The position numbers and the translations under genes are program-made. From contig OZ024743.1 in the NCBI GenBank assembly GCA_964016885.1, positions 85,064,001-85,128,000 of the forward strand: DNA of 64,000 nt, written 5' to 3'. The notes below the pieces were generated by a model. The model ran no database searches. It was given only the letters and a program-made list of their open reading frames with translations, and had not been told where the DNA came from. Origin of the DNA: Eledone cirrhosa (taxonomy: Eukaryota). Below, piece after piece: positions 24,321-34,581 of this stretch. Positions within the stretch are counted from its first letter, which is position 1; each line of letters starts with the position of its first letter.

Positions 24321-27300
24321 TTAATTGTAAGTTGTGATGTTGCTGTTCCACTCATATTTTCTATTTAATTTTGGTTGTAATTCTTTTATATTTATTGCCT
24401 CTGTAATTTGTCTAAACATTGCGTCTTTTCTGTGTGTAGATTCTATTTTTATTTCTATGTTCTCTAAGTTACCCTTGTGTTCTATTTTAGCATGTTGGTA
24501 GAGTACAGATGATTCTTTACTATCTTGAAGGTCTCGCCAGTGTTCATTTATCCATTCCCCAACACTACGAGCTGTCTCACCTATGTACACTATATTTTTG
24601 TTTCTACATTGTCCTTCAGTACATCTTATGCTATACACTACATTTCTAGTTTTACAGTTAATATGGGGGCTTATTTTACAGGTTATACATTTCTTATCTA
24701 TACATGAGGGTCTTTGAAAAGGGTATGTCTTGCTAAGAAGTGTTTTTACGGAGGTACCTGGTCTTTCTACTATCTTAATATTGAGTTTATGTTTATTTAG
24801 GGCCCTTCTAAATTTGTAAGCTAATTCACCTCTAGGGGTTGTATCGATGAACATTACACTCTGGTATTTATTGCTATCATACCATGAGTTTATTCTATTA
24901 GCCTTGTTCCTAGTTCTTTCTATTCTATTCCAAAATGTGCTCCTATACAAGGGGCAGGTCCCATTTATGTCATTATTTACCATTTTTTCCCATTTGGTTC
25001 TGGCTCCTCTATACACTCTGATTTTATCTCTCTGATTGTAGCCAGAGAACTGCATACGATGGATGAAGTGTTGTATGTGTCTCTCTAGTTCTTCGGGGTT
25101 GCACATGCGGGACACATTTCTCATCACCCGTACCAAATCCGCAATCAGTATGTTGATTTTGGTATGGTCCGAAACGGCCGAGTTTCGGTGGATCAGATGT
25201 TTGGAAGTCATGGGTTTGGCATAATGGGAATGGAGGATTTGTTTTTTGTTATTAATGGTATCTAACCAGAGCTCTGTGTCTAGTACAGGTAATCGATGGT
25301 TGGGGTGTTTACTTGGGTAGTCTATAGTAACTCTAATGCTCTGGTGGATGGAGTTTGCTATTTGCTGGATGCTTTCCATTGTGTTTTTCTCTAGTTCCTC
25401 ACTGTTCTCTAGTGGGGGTGTCTTAACTACGATGTTTATATCATCTACGTAGCGGGAGTACATTATCAGGGTTAAGGGGTCTTCTAATTGTTCTTTAAGT
25501 TTAAGTTTAAGTCTACTGTCCCACCATACCATGAATAAGTTAGCTATGTCCCCTGCAATGCTAACACAAATGGCTGCTCCTTCCTCTTGAGCATATGTTT
25601 TTCCATTAAATTTGAACATATGTTCCTTAAGGGTTAGTTTTATGCTGGCCCCTACCACATGTGCAATCATTTTCTTCAGTTCATCGTGGTTTTCGGGTGT
25701 CCGTATGGCTCTGGTCCACCCGTTCCATCTATCGGTGTGGGTTTTCTTGGCCATTGAGGTAATGGTAGGTGGTCTGCCTCTTGCTGGTCTTGTAGGGCAC
25801 AGGTTGCTAAGGTCATATGTGTCTAGGTAATTATTACTATAGGTAAGCTTAAGTAGGAGTCCCAGCTCACTGGTATCAATCCCACGGAACTCAACATTGC
25901 TCTCACTGATCATTTCTACGCATTTCTCCACAGCAAAATCCACGTCAATAGATGGATACAGGGACACAACATCCATACTGCCTATTATGCAGTTTGTTAA
26001 GTCCCCAGATCGGTTACTCACGTCGATTCTGCTGAGGAGGTCCTCCGTGCTGTCACATACATCTGGGGACATTTCAATGATGGGGCGTATGATCAGGGAG
26101 AGGAAGTAGGACAGTCTGTAGTTACTAGCAATGTTAGCTCCACAGACTGGCCGTGTTGGTGGTCCCGCGACAGCGTCACAGCCCGTTTTATGGTCTTTTC
26201 GAAGCCCATACAACGCCGGCACGTCATTGTTCCAGGCCTGGAAGTTTTTGGCAGTCCTTTTGTTGGGCTGCATTATATTCGTCCACATCACCATATGGGC
26301 ATTGAGGGCTTTTTCTCTATCCTCATGCTCCTGTGGTGTTACCTCTCTTGTGTTAGTGATGTGGGGTTGCATTGCCTGGATGTAGTTTGGCAGGCTGTCA
26401 ACCGACATTCTGCCAGACTTGTCTGTTGGAAAGCATGCTATCTCTCCATTACGTGAGCGCTGCATGAGCTTACGCAAGCCATTTGCAGATTTTTCTCCCA
26501 GTTGCTGGGCCTCCATTCTATTATGCTTCTTGCTATACTGTTCTATAATATTTCTAAGTTCGGATCTAGCTATACTAAATTGTGCTTCTGTTTGTTCATC
26601 GACCTGCGACGACAATTGCGTGCGTTTGTTAAATGGTAAAGTCGTGGCGTGGACTCGTCGCAGGTCGAATGATTTATCGGAGGGATTATAAAACGTAGAG
26701 TTCCAGGCTGCTGCTTTATGTGTACTAGTGCTATTGTTATTGTTAGTTGTGTTGTTTCTATTTCTATTTCCACCAACAGCCTCATGGTTGTTTCTATGTC
26801 TCTCACAATTACTCCTGTCTCTTTCCACTGGCTCATTGTTGTTATCTACCCTATTTTGTGTGTTTGTCTGTTCGTCTTGGTTATTCTCTTTGTCCTTAGT
26901 CTCCCTTCTCTTTTTAATCCTATTACTTTCCCTTATTTCTGTGATTTCTGTGCTACTGTCATTACTTGTTTTCTGTGTCTGTGTGTTTGTTAAGATTGTG
27001 GTGGTGGTGAGAGGCATTGAATGTGTGTGTGTTGTTGTTGTTGATGTGTGCTGTTGTTGATGTGTGTTGTTGTTGTCTCCGTGTGTGTTATTGTTGTTGT
27101 GTGTGTTGTTATTGTTGTTTGTGTCTGCGTGTCTGTTGTTGTTGTTTCTGGGTATGTTGTTATTGTTGGTGTGTGTGCTGTTGTTATTGTTGTTTGTATA
27201 TGTGTGTCTGTTGTTGTTGGGATGTGTGTTGTATATGTGTGTGCGTATATTGTTGCTTTTGTTTTTGTTTTTGAGGCTCCAGCGTAGTTTTGTAAATGAT

Positions 27301-28007
27301 TTTTCTATTTCTGACAGACAACTAATCATATTTACCTTCTTGAATGTCGCAAATGTCGGGGGTAAACATAACACAGACATCTCATCGTCATCTATTCTTG
27401 TGTTACCGTATATATTTGTGTTGTTGTTGTTGTTGAACTCTTCTGTTAATGAGGTGTCGGCCATATTTATACCGTCAATTTTGTCGGGATATCTATTGGT
27501 ATTCTCTATAGTATCCTGATTTAGCTTTATTTGCTTAAGCCACTTTAGTTTCTTGTTAAAGTGCTTATCACATTCTTGAGTAATGTACTGTTCTTCAGGG
27601 CGTATAAGGCTTATAAATATTAGTTTCTCTCTTGGTGTGGTGATCCTAGCTATTTCTTGTATTAAGTTACGCTTATGTTTTTCTTGATGACTTAATTCTC
27701 TATAGATCTTCTTTTTTATGTTTAGAATTAATGTTCGTTTTAGCCTATCTGCTTGTTTTTTGGTGAGTTGTAATCTTCTAACGTCGGTGTTGATGGTGTT
27801 GGTGTAAACTCGGGATGAGGCACATTCTTTTATGAAGTGTAGTTGTCGAGATGGTATGGTTTTTTGTAGACAACAGAACATGGTGGTTTTCAGTATCTTG
27901 TTAGCCTGGCTAAGGCTTACGATATTTCGTTTCTGAATTTGTTTAGCAAGATTCTTTATCTGAAATCGTGTGTTGAAACCGATATTGTTATACTTTGGGA
28001 GGGTCAT
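24321..28007 (-). CDS. PLE polyprotein: reverse transcriptase + GIY-YIG endonuclease (1228 aa from first ATG)
   Basis: PTDKSG, LYGLRKDHK, PTRPV, GSMDVVSLYPSI, QEEGAAI, SRYVDD (RT); CIDKKCITC linker (Neptune/Nematis-like); VVYSIRC...YIGET and RQITEA...LNRKYE (GIY-YIG); uninterrupted frame. Confidence 0.95.
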   Translation of the reverse strand: MTLPKYNNIGFNTRFQIKNLAKQIQKRNIVSLSQANKILKTTMFCCLQKTIPSRQLHFIKECASSRVYTNTINTDVRRLQLTKKQADRLKRTLILNIKKKIYRELSHQEKHKRNLIQEIARITTPREKLIFISLIRPEEQYITQECDKHFNKKLKWLKQIKLNQDTIENTNRYPDKIDGINMADTSLTEEFNNNNNTNIYGNTRIDDDEMSVLCLPPTFATFKKVNMISCLSEIEKSFTKLRWSLKNKNKSNNIRTHIYNTHPNNNRHTYTNNNNNSTHTNNNNIPRNNNNRHADTNNNNNTHNNNNTHGDNNNTHQQQHTSTTTTHTHSMPLTTTTILTNTQTQKTSNDSSTEITEIRESNRIKKRRETKDKENNQDEQTNTQNRVDNNNEPVERDRSNCERHRNNHEAVGGNRNRNNTTNNNNSTSTHKAAAWNSTFYNPSDKSFDLRRVHATTLPFNKRTQLSSQVDEQTEAQFSIARSELRNIIEQYSKKHNRMEAQQLGEKSANGLRKLMQRSRNGEIACFPTDKSGRMSVDSLPNYIQAMQPHITNTREVTPQEHEDREKALNAHMVMWTNIMQPNKRTAKNFQAWNNDVPALYGLRKDHKTGCDAVAGPPTRPVCGANIASNYRLSYFLSLIIRPIIEMSPDVCDSTEDLLSRIDVSNRSGDLTNCIIGSMDVVSLYPSIDVDFAVEKCVEMISESNVEFRGIDTSELGLLLKLTYSNNYLDTYDLSNLCPTRPARGRPPTITSMAKKTHTDRWNGWTRAIRTPENHDELKKMIAHVVGASIKLTLKEHMFKFNGKTYAQEEGAAICVSIAGDIANLFMVWWDSRLKLKLKEQLEDPLTLIMYSRYVDDINIVVKTPPLENSEELEKNTMESIQQIANSIHQSIRVTIDYPSKHPNHRLPVLDTELWLDTINNKKQILHSHYAKPMTSKHLIHRNSAVSDHTKINILIADLVRVMRNVSRMCNPEELERHIQHFIHRMQFSGYNQRDKIRVYRGARTKWEKMVNNDINGTCPLYRSTFWNRIERTRNKANRINSWYDSNKYQSVMFIDTTPRGELAYKFRRALNKHKLNIKIVERPGTSVKTLLSKTYPFQRPSCIDKKCITCKISPHINCKTRNVVYSIRCTEGQCRNKNIVYIGETARSVGEWINEHWRDLQDSKESSVLYQHAKIEHKGNLENIEIKIESTHRKDAMFRQITEAINIKELQPKLNRKYEWNSNITTYN

Positions 28008-28118
28008 GTTGCCAATAAGAAACACACGCACCAGTTGCTTTCACTTCAATTTATTATAATAAATTTATAAATTTATGGTTGGTTGGTTGGTTCCACAACC
28101 AGATAGTTGTTTATATAT

Positions 28119-28163
28119 TGTCATAGTTCTTTCGTCACACACTCTGTGACCTCTTCAGTGACT
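28119..28163 (-). ncRNA. Minimal type I hammerhead in PLE 5' pLTR (family A)
   Basis: Same motif as 24076-24120, with one change at the distal end of stem I. Confidence 0.82.
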
Positions 28164-28407
28164 GGGGATTCCTTTCTTTGTTTCTGTGCCTCTCCTTTGT
28201 TCTGTCCTACGCCATTTTGTTTCTGTGTGTGTGTTGTGTGCTCAGTCTGCGCATGCGCCACATCCGGGTGTCTGTGTGTGTTTATGTTCATTTATTCATT
28301 TGTTTATTTACATGTTACTGGTTGGTTGTTTGTTCTATGTGTGTGTGTGTTTTCATTTTGTCCTTAATTGTAAGTTGTGATGTTGCTGTTCCACTCATAT
28401 TTTCTAT

Positions 28408-28447
28408 CTGAAGAGGTCACAGAGTGTGTGACGAAAGAACTATGACT
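28408..28447 (+). ncRNA. Truncated hammerhead (family A) lacking the 5' strand of stem I
   Basis: The inverted pLTR fragment begins exactly at CTGAAGAGGTCAC...GACGAAAGAACTATGACT. Confidence 0.65.
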
Positions 28448-28728
28448 ATATATAAACAACTATCTGGTTGTGGAACCAACCAACCAACCAGAAATTTATA
28501 AATTTATTATAAATTTATTATAATAAATTGAAGTGAAAGCAACTGGTGCGTGTGTTTCTTATTGGCAACATAACCCTCCCAAAGTATAACTATATCGGTT
28601 TCAACACACGATTTCAGATAAAGAATCTTGCTAAACAAATTCAGAAACGAAATATATATGTATATATATATATGTATATGTATATATATGTATATACATA
28701 TATGTATATATATATATATGTATATATG

Positions 28729-28759
<31 letters not shown>

Positions 28760-29319
28760 GTATACGTATATATATATGTATATATATATATATGTATATA
28801 TATATGTATATATATATATGTATATATATATGTATATATATATATGTATATATATATGTATATATATATATATGTATATATATATGTATATATATATGTA
28901 TATATATATATATATATATGTATATACGATATTAAATAAATGGAAACTATATTTATAAACCATATTTATTTCATTATATATATTTCAGGGATATCATATT
29001 AACAATATGCTATGCCTTCCTCAGACAAAATACAATATAAACAGTTTTATAGATAAATAGATTTGACATACCGTACAACATCGACTTGTATTTGAAAAGT
29101 TGAATTGGCAGTGAAAAAATTGTACACAGAGAGAAAGAAAGAGAGAAAAAAGGAAAGAAAGACAGAAAATGAAGAAAAAGAAGAAAAAGAAGAAATGCAT
29201 GGAACAAAATAGAGAGATGGAAAGATAGATAAAGAGAAGAACTTCATGTAAAGAAACAGAGAGATATATATATATATAGAGAGAGAGGAAATAGAGATAG
29301 ATATATATATAGAAAACTA

Positions 29320-29943
29320 AACATCGCTAAACTATTTTTTAAAGCTCTTGATAATCGCTTCCCTAGAACACATAGGTATCACTCAATTTTCAATAGACAT
29401 ACTATAAAATTAACCTACTCATCCACCAAAAATTTAGCACAAAATATTAATAGAATAAATAATAGGAACTTAAAACCTAGTGATAATAGCATAAATAATA
29501 TACAAGTTAACAAATGTAACTGCTGAGATAGATCTAAATGTCCGTTAAATAACAACTGCTTAGTTAAAAATATAGTATACAATTGTAATGTTAAAACTGA
29601 CTCTAATTCTTTTAACTACGTCGGTTCCACATCGACGGAATTTAAACTTCGCTATAATAACCACAAGAATTCTTTCACAGATCCAAGCAAAAAATCTTCA
29701 ACGGCACTATCAGGCGTACTCTGGCAACTTAAGCTAGATAACGTTAGATATTCGACGGCTTGGAATATAGTCTCAAGAGGGATTCCTTTTAATTCATCCT
29801 CTGAGACATGTGACCTCTGCGCAGAGGAGATATTCTTTATACTAAAATCTAAAAATTCCCTTAATCTACGGACAAATGTATTCAGTTGCTGCAAACATAG
29901 ATTAAACTCAACTTTTAAATATAAATTTAAATTTAAAATGTAG
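29320..29943 (+). pseudogene. Naiad-type PLE C-terminal GIY-YIG domain (absent from the ORF track)
   Basis: Manual translation: KLFFKALDNRFPRTHRYHSIFNRHTIKLTYS...KCNC*DRSKCPLNNNCLVKNIVYNC...YVGSTSTEFKLRYNNHKNSF...TALS...W...CDLCAEE...LNLRTNVFSCCKH; one TGA at 29524. Confidence 0.88.
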
Positions 29944-31270
29944 TATATTTAGTTTGATTTATAATTATATGGGAAACTAGCCGATAAATCTTTCGATTTC
30001 TTCTTTTTATTCTTTTTATTTTTATTTTTATTTAAACATTCTTCATGAAAAATTAAACTACCCTAAAAGTTGATGCTCCAAATATTTCGAATAAACGTTA
30101 CACTAGATAAACTTCTATATTAAATATAAGAACACATGTAGACCAAATGGGCATCCTAAACTTTTTGAAATGATTTTTGCTAGATGCGATTTGATAAATA
30201 ATTTTTAGCTTTATCTGTTTTTCGACTCTGATGCTTATAATGAACTTGGCAATATATTGTCAATTAATTTTGAAGGGTTGATCTTTGTGGTTTATTTTTA
30301 TTATTGTAGTATTTTCTAATATTTTTATTTTTAATATGTAATATTTTTAATATGTAATATTCTTTCGTAATATTTTTTAGTTTTCTATTTTATTATTATT
30401 TATTATTATTATTATTATTGTTATTTTTTGGTTTTTGTTTCTGATATATATTTTTTTATTAATATATTGAAATCTGCTCTCTATTTCTGCTTGATAGATA
30501 ATCTTGTAGAGTAAAGACAAGAATAGTAGTAATATAGACTCTATATATATATGTGTGTATATATATACACATGTATGTATACTTAAATTTTTATAGCACA
30601 ATGAGAATGTTTTCCGTGAACTTAGGGTTTGCAGAGTTGATCATGTAAATTCACATAGATGTTTGTAGTTATCACATAAACATATGAATTTTTTTAAAAA
30701 ACTAAACATAAGATCATTACTTTTCACACATTATGGATACATGTCTCATTCAGGAATACTGATATTTACAATATAGTGGCTGGTTTTTATACATACTAAT
30801 ACCTCTACATTAAAACATAGGGTTTTATGCCTCGCCTATGTCTGGTTACTTTTAATTTTTCTCTCTATATAACAGCTGGTTTCTCTCGTAACCACATATA
30901 TCTCCCTTACATTATTACTAGAGCTAAATAAATAAATAAATAAATGTATCATTGATACGTTTACTCAACGGATGTCCCACTACCTAGTTTTCTATATATA
31001 TATCTATCTCTATTTCCTCTCTATATATATATATATCTCTCTCTGTTTCTTTACATGAAGTTCTTCTCTTTATCTATCTTTCCATCTCTCTATTTTGTTC
31101 CATGCATTTCTTCTTTTTCTTCTTTTTCTTCGTTTTCTGTCTTTCTTTCCTTTTTTTCTCTCTTTCTTTCTCTCTGTGTACAATTTTTTCACTGCCAATT
31201 CAACTTTTCAAATACAAGTCGATGTTGTACGGTATGTCAAATCTATTTATCTATAAAACTGTTTATATTG

Positions 31271-31336
31271 TATTTTGTCTGAGGAAGGCATAGCATATTG
31301 TTAATATGATATCCCTGAAATATATATAATGAAATA
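31271..31336 (+). ncRNA. Type I hammerhead ribozyme (family B)
   Basis: UAUUUUGU CUGAGGA AGGCAUAGCAUAUU GUU AAUAUGAUAUCCCU GAAA UAUAUA UA|AUGAAAUA; 8-bp stem I with two G-U pairs, long stem II, palindromic stem III. Confidence 0.8.
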
Positions 31337-31508
31337 AATATGGTTTTATAAATATAGTTTCCATTTATTTAATATCGTAAATATACTCCAAATACTTGTC
31401 GAGTGCTTTTATATCAGTTATAAATATTTACTAGTTGTAACCCAACAATTTAAATATAACTTTCCATATATATGTATATATATATGTATATATATATGTA
31501 TATATATA

Positions 31509-31907
31509 TTGGCGGTACTCAGTAATAGAGAAGACCCGCCTTACCTAAATACAAAGTAAAACCTACTACAGTCAGTAGGCATCTCTAACAAAATACACCC
31601 CCGTCCCACCACCCCCACCCCATCCACACCGCCCCCTTCTATGTAAAGTTATGCTGGTGGCACATCATCCAGGCCAAAACAAATGAGGTCGTGTAGGTGT
31701 CACAACAAAAAAAAAACACAGTCCACGCTGTAATGTGGCCGTGTAGGCAACACGGTAAAAACCTCCCAGTCCCACACTGTAAATGTGGTTGGTGTTAGGA
31801 AGGGCATCCAGCTGTAGAAAACCCGCCAGACAGTCCTATGCGAGCAAGACAACCACTCTTGCCTCAAGTGGGAAAACTCCCGTCCAAACCTATGCAAGCG
31901 TGGAACA
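31509..31907 (+). mobile_element. RTE LINE 3' end fragment, tail lost
   Basis: [12 protein letters not shown] plus 3' UTR near-identical to 38593-38990 and similar to 58444-58920; fused to a family D fragment. Confidence 0.85.
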
Positions 31908-32311
31908 AGGTTTACATATACATAAAGTTATAGATATATATGCTGCAACCGGTCACTTTTAGGCTCTATGAAGAATTAATAAATTAAATAATCAGAGCAA
32001 TATATCATAAATCATGTCCTTAGAATTATTAGATAAAATATATACCATTTCCTCTTCCAATTAGCATAATTAACCATATAAAAAATCAATTAGACCAAGC
32101 TATAAGAAGAAAGGCTCTTATGAAGAAATCTCCGACAAATAACCGAAAGTGGCCTCTTCACGGTGGCCCCAATAGAGTATTTATCCAACATTTCGATAGC
32201 ATGGAGAAATTGACTAAATATACCATCAACCATACACAATTAGGTGTAAAATTAAACTTAGAAGAAATGTGTACATACCGTAATTATATCTCTACCATGG
32301 TTTCATCCGTA
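31908..32311 (-). mobile_element. Fragment of 656-bp hammerhead unit (family D)
   Basis: Near-identical to 20832-21235, including the same break inside the ribozyme. Confidence 0.85.
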
Positions 32312-32446
32312 TATGTATATATATGTATCTATGTATATATATGTATATATATATGTATATATATGTACATATATATATGTATATATATGTATATATATAT
32401 GTATATATATGTATATATATATATGTATATATATGTATATATATTT

Positions 32447-33056
32447 ATGTCAGGTCACCAGTTGGTGCTACTGGTAACATGTATCCCAGTACAACCTGAC
32501 CCATGGTCGGGTCGTTGGCGACTAAACTGGCAACCCCACCAAGGTTTCTTAGTGAGGAGGGTGACTTTGGACATCCTGCAGGACTAAAAACAAGACCTGT
32601 CAAAGGGCAAAGGAGCTCTTAAGAGTCAATGGCCATCCAAAATCACCGGGAGAGATGACCCTTTAGCCTTTGTCAAGGCAGAATTCTAGGAGACGGAAAA
32701 CTCTGATATAACACCTGCAACTCTGATGGTATCCAATGATGTTGACTTGTTCTTCTTTTTGGTAAATATCATCTTGGTTAAGAGAGTGGGACTAGCTTTG
32801 TGCAGTGCCTTTGCTCACTATAAAAGCTTCACGGCACAGGCATTGCTTTGTATCTGGAGATCTCTCTGCACTTGTCGTCACATGGTACCATGGGCCTAGC
32901 ACTATGTGTCAATAATTGTCACAAGTGTAGTGTTTGTACCAGAGTTTTCAAGTCGCTGACTGGACTGGGAAGTCACACTCGTTCAGCGCATCGGTAGGGG
33001 TTCTCCTACATGGATATAAAGTAGTGGCCGTACTCGAAAACGAGTTGGCAGCCACC
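32447..33056 (+). mobile_element. ~610-bp bipartite RTE-derived non-autonomous element
   Basis: RTE-5'UTR-like CTAGGAGACGGAAAACTCTGA, terminal C2H2 finger at 32920-32997 ([25 protein letters not shown]), 3' hairpin GTGGC..ACTCG AAAA CGAGT..GCCAC; (TA)n flanks. Confidence 0.8.
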
Positions 33057-33311
33057 ATATATATATGTATATATATATGTATATATATGTATATATATGT
33101 ATATATGTATATATATGTATATATATATATGTATATGTATATATATGTATATATGTATATATATGTATATATATGTATATATAATGTAGGAGGTGAGTTT
33201 TATTGTAGTACAATAAAGCAATGCAGATATCGGATAAGAAGCACTCTACAGTTTGTGGGACTGGAGTATGCATAATATAAGATCAAAAGATGGTTAAAGG
33301 AGTTCAATATA

Positions 33312-33378
33312 TTTTATTATGCGCATTTCAAAAACAAACATCATCAAACAATAATATTTGTGTTTTCATCAGATAAAA
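33312..33378 (-). ncRNA. Type I hammerhead ribozyme (family C), element-sense copy
   Basis: UUUUAU CUGAUGA [AU-rich stem II] GAAA UGCGCA UA|AUAAAA; palindromic stem III AUGCGCAU. Confidence 0.85.
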
Positions 33379-34581
33379 CAGGAGAACATGATATGAAGGC
33401 TAAAAAAAACACTTGTTGATAGTGCAGTTTTAAATCAACATATGAAAAGTGGTTTTAGATTGATGTGTGATATTGGGAAAAATATTTTATTTAGAGAGGG
33501 GGGGGAGAAAAGGATGAAAAGGGAAGGAGATGAGAGGGAGAGATGGGTGATAGAGAGAAAGAGATAGTTTTTATAACTGAGAGGAGATATATTTTATATA
33601 GAGGGGTTGAAAACCGTTGGAAGATACTGTATAAATTAAAAATTTTGAAAATTAACGAAGGGAGGATATGTGCGAGGAAAAAATATATTATATTTAGGGA
33701 GGGGGGGGGGGGTGGAAAGGATGAAAAAAAGGGGAGGAGATGAGAGTGAAGGTGGAAAGGGAGAGATGGGTGATAGAGAGAAAGAGATAGTTTTTATAAC
33801 TGAGAAAAAGATATAATGTTTTAATATAGGGAGGTTGGGAACCGTTGGAAGATAATGTATAAATTAAAGGAATTTGAAAATTAACGAAGGGAAATTATGT
33901 ATGAAGATAGAGAGAAAAAAAAAATAATAATTGTGGGTGAATATTCTAACGTCAAAAGAAGAAATGTAGGAATTTCAAAATTAGCAAAGAGAAAAAAGTT
34001 TATGTGTAGAAGGATTTGAGAAAAATAATGTAAAGTTAAAGTTTGTATATTGAATTCATATGTATTAATAATGAGTTCGTTGATGGGGAGAAAAAAATAA
34101 TAATAAATTAAGGATGAAATTGAGATTAAAAAGATTTATAATAGAGAGAAAAAATAATAATGATTGCGGATGAATACTCAAAATGTCAAAAACAAATGTT
34201 ATTGTTTTACGAGAAGATAGAATGAGGGTAATGAGTAAACGAGTATTATAGAGTGTATAATGCCCTTTAAAGTAAGGTAGATGGGTATATTTTAAAGAAT
34301 ATATGAGTATATATTAAAAAAAATATAATAATAAATTAAGGATGAAATTGAGATTAAAAAGATTTATGATAGAGAGAAAAAATAATAATGGTTGCGGATG
34401 AATATTCAAAATGTCAAAAACAAATGTTATTGTTTTACGAGAAGATAGAATGAGGGTAATGGGTAAACGAGTATTATAGAGTGTATAATGCCCTTTAAAG
34501 TAAGGTAGATGGGTATATTTTAAAGAGGTGTATGTATATGTGCCTTTGAGAAAAGATTCTAAATTGATAAAGAATTGAATA

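Larger units (their letters stand above)
23943..28655 (-). mobile_element. Full-length Penelope-like retroelement with direct pseudo-LTRs and inverted 5' fragment
   Basis: Direct repeats 23943-24364 and 27982-28407 flank a single ORF; inverted partial pLTR at 28408-28655; both ends in (TA)n; HHR in each pLTR. Confidence 0.96.
28926..31447 (+). mobile_element. 5'-truncated Naiad-type PLE (family B) with inverted terminal fragment
   Basis: 28926-29319 is an inverted copy of 30985-31378; GIY-YIG coding remnant at 29320-29943; HHR at 31271-31336 with mirror at 28967-29032; (TA)n flanks. Confidence 0.85.

Noticed and set aside
29524-29526. In-frame TGA as selenocysteine (some Naiad PLEs are reported to be selenoproteins)
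   Set aside because: It follows an intact CNC and aligns to Arg in the paralog (CNCR), so CGA>TGA decay is simpler. No Cys position has TGA and I saw no SECIS; a SECIS search and the family consensus would settle it.
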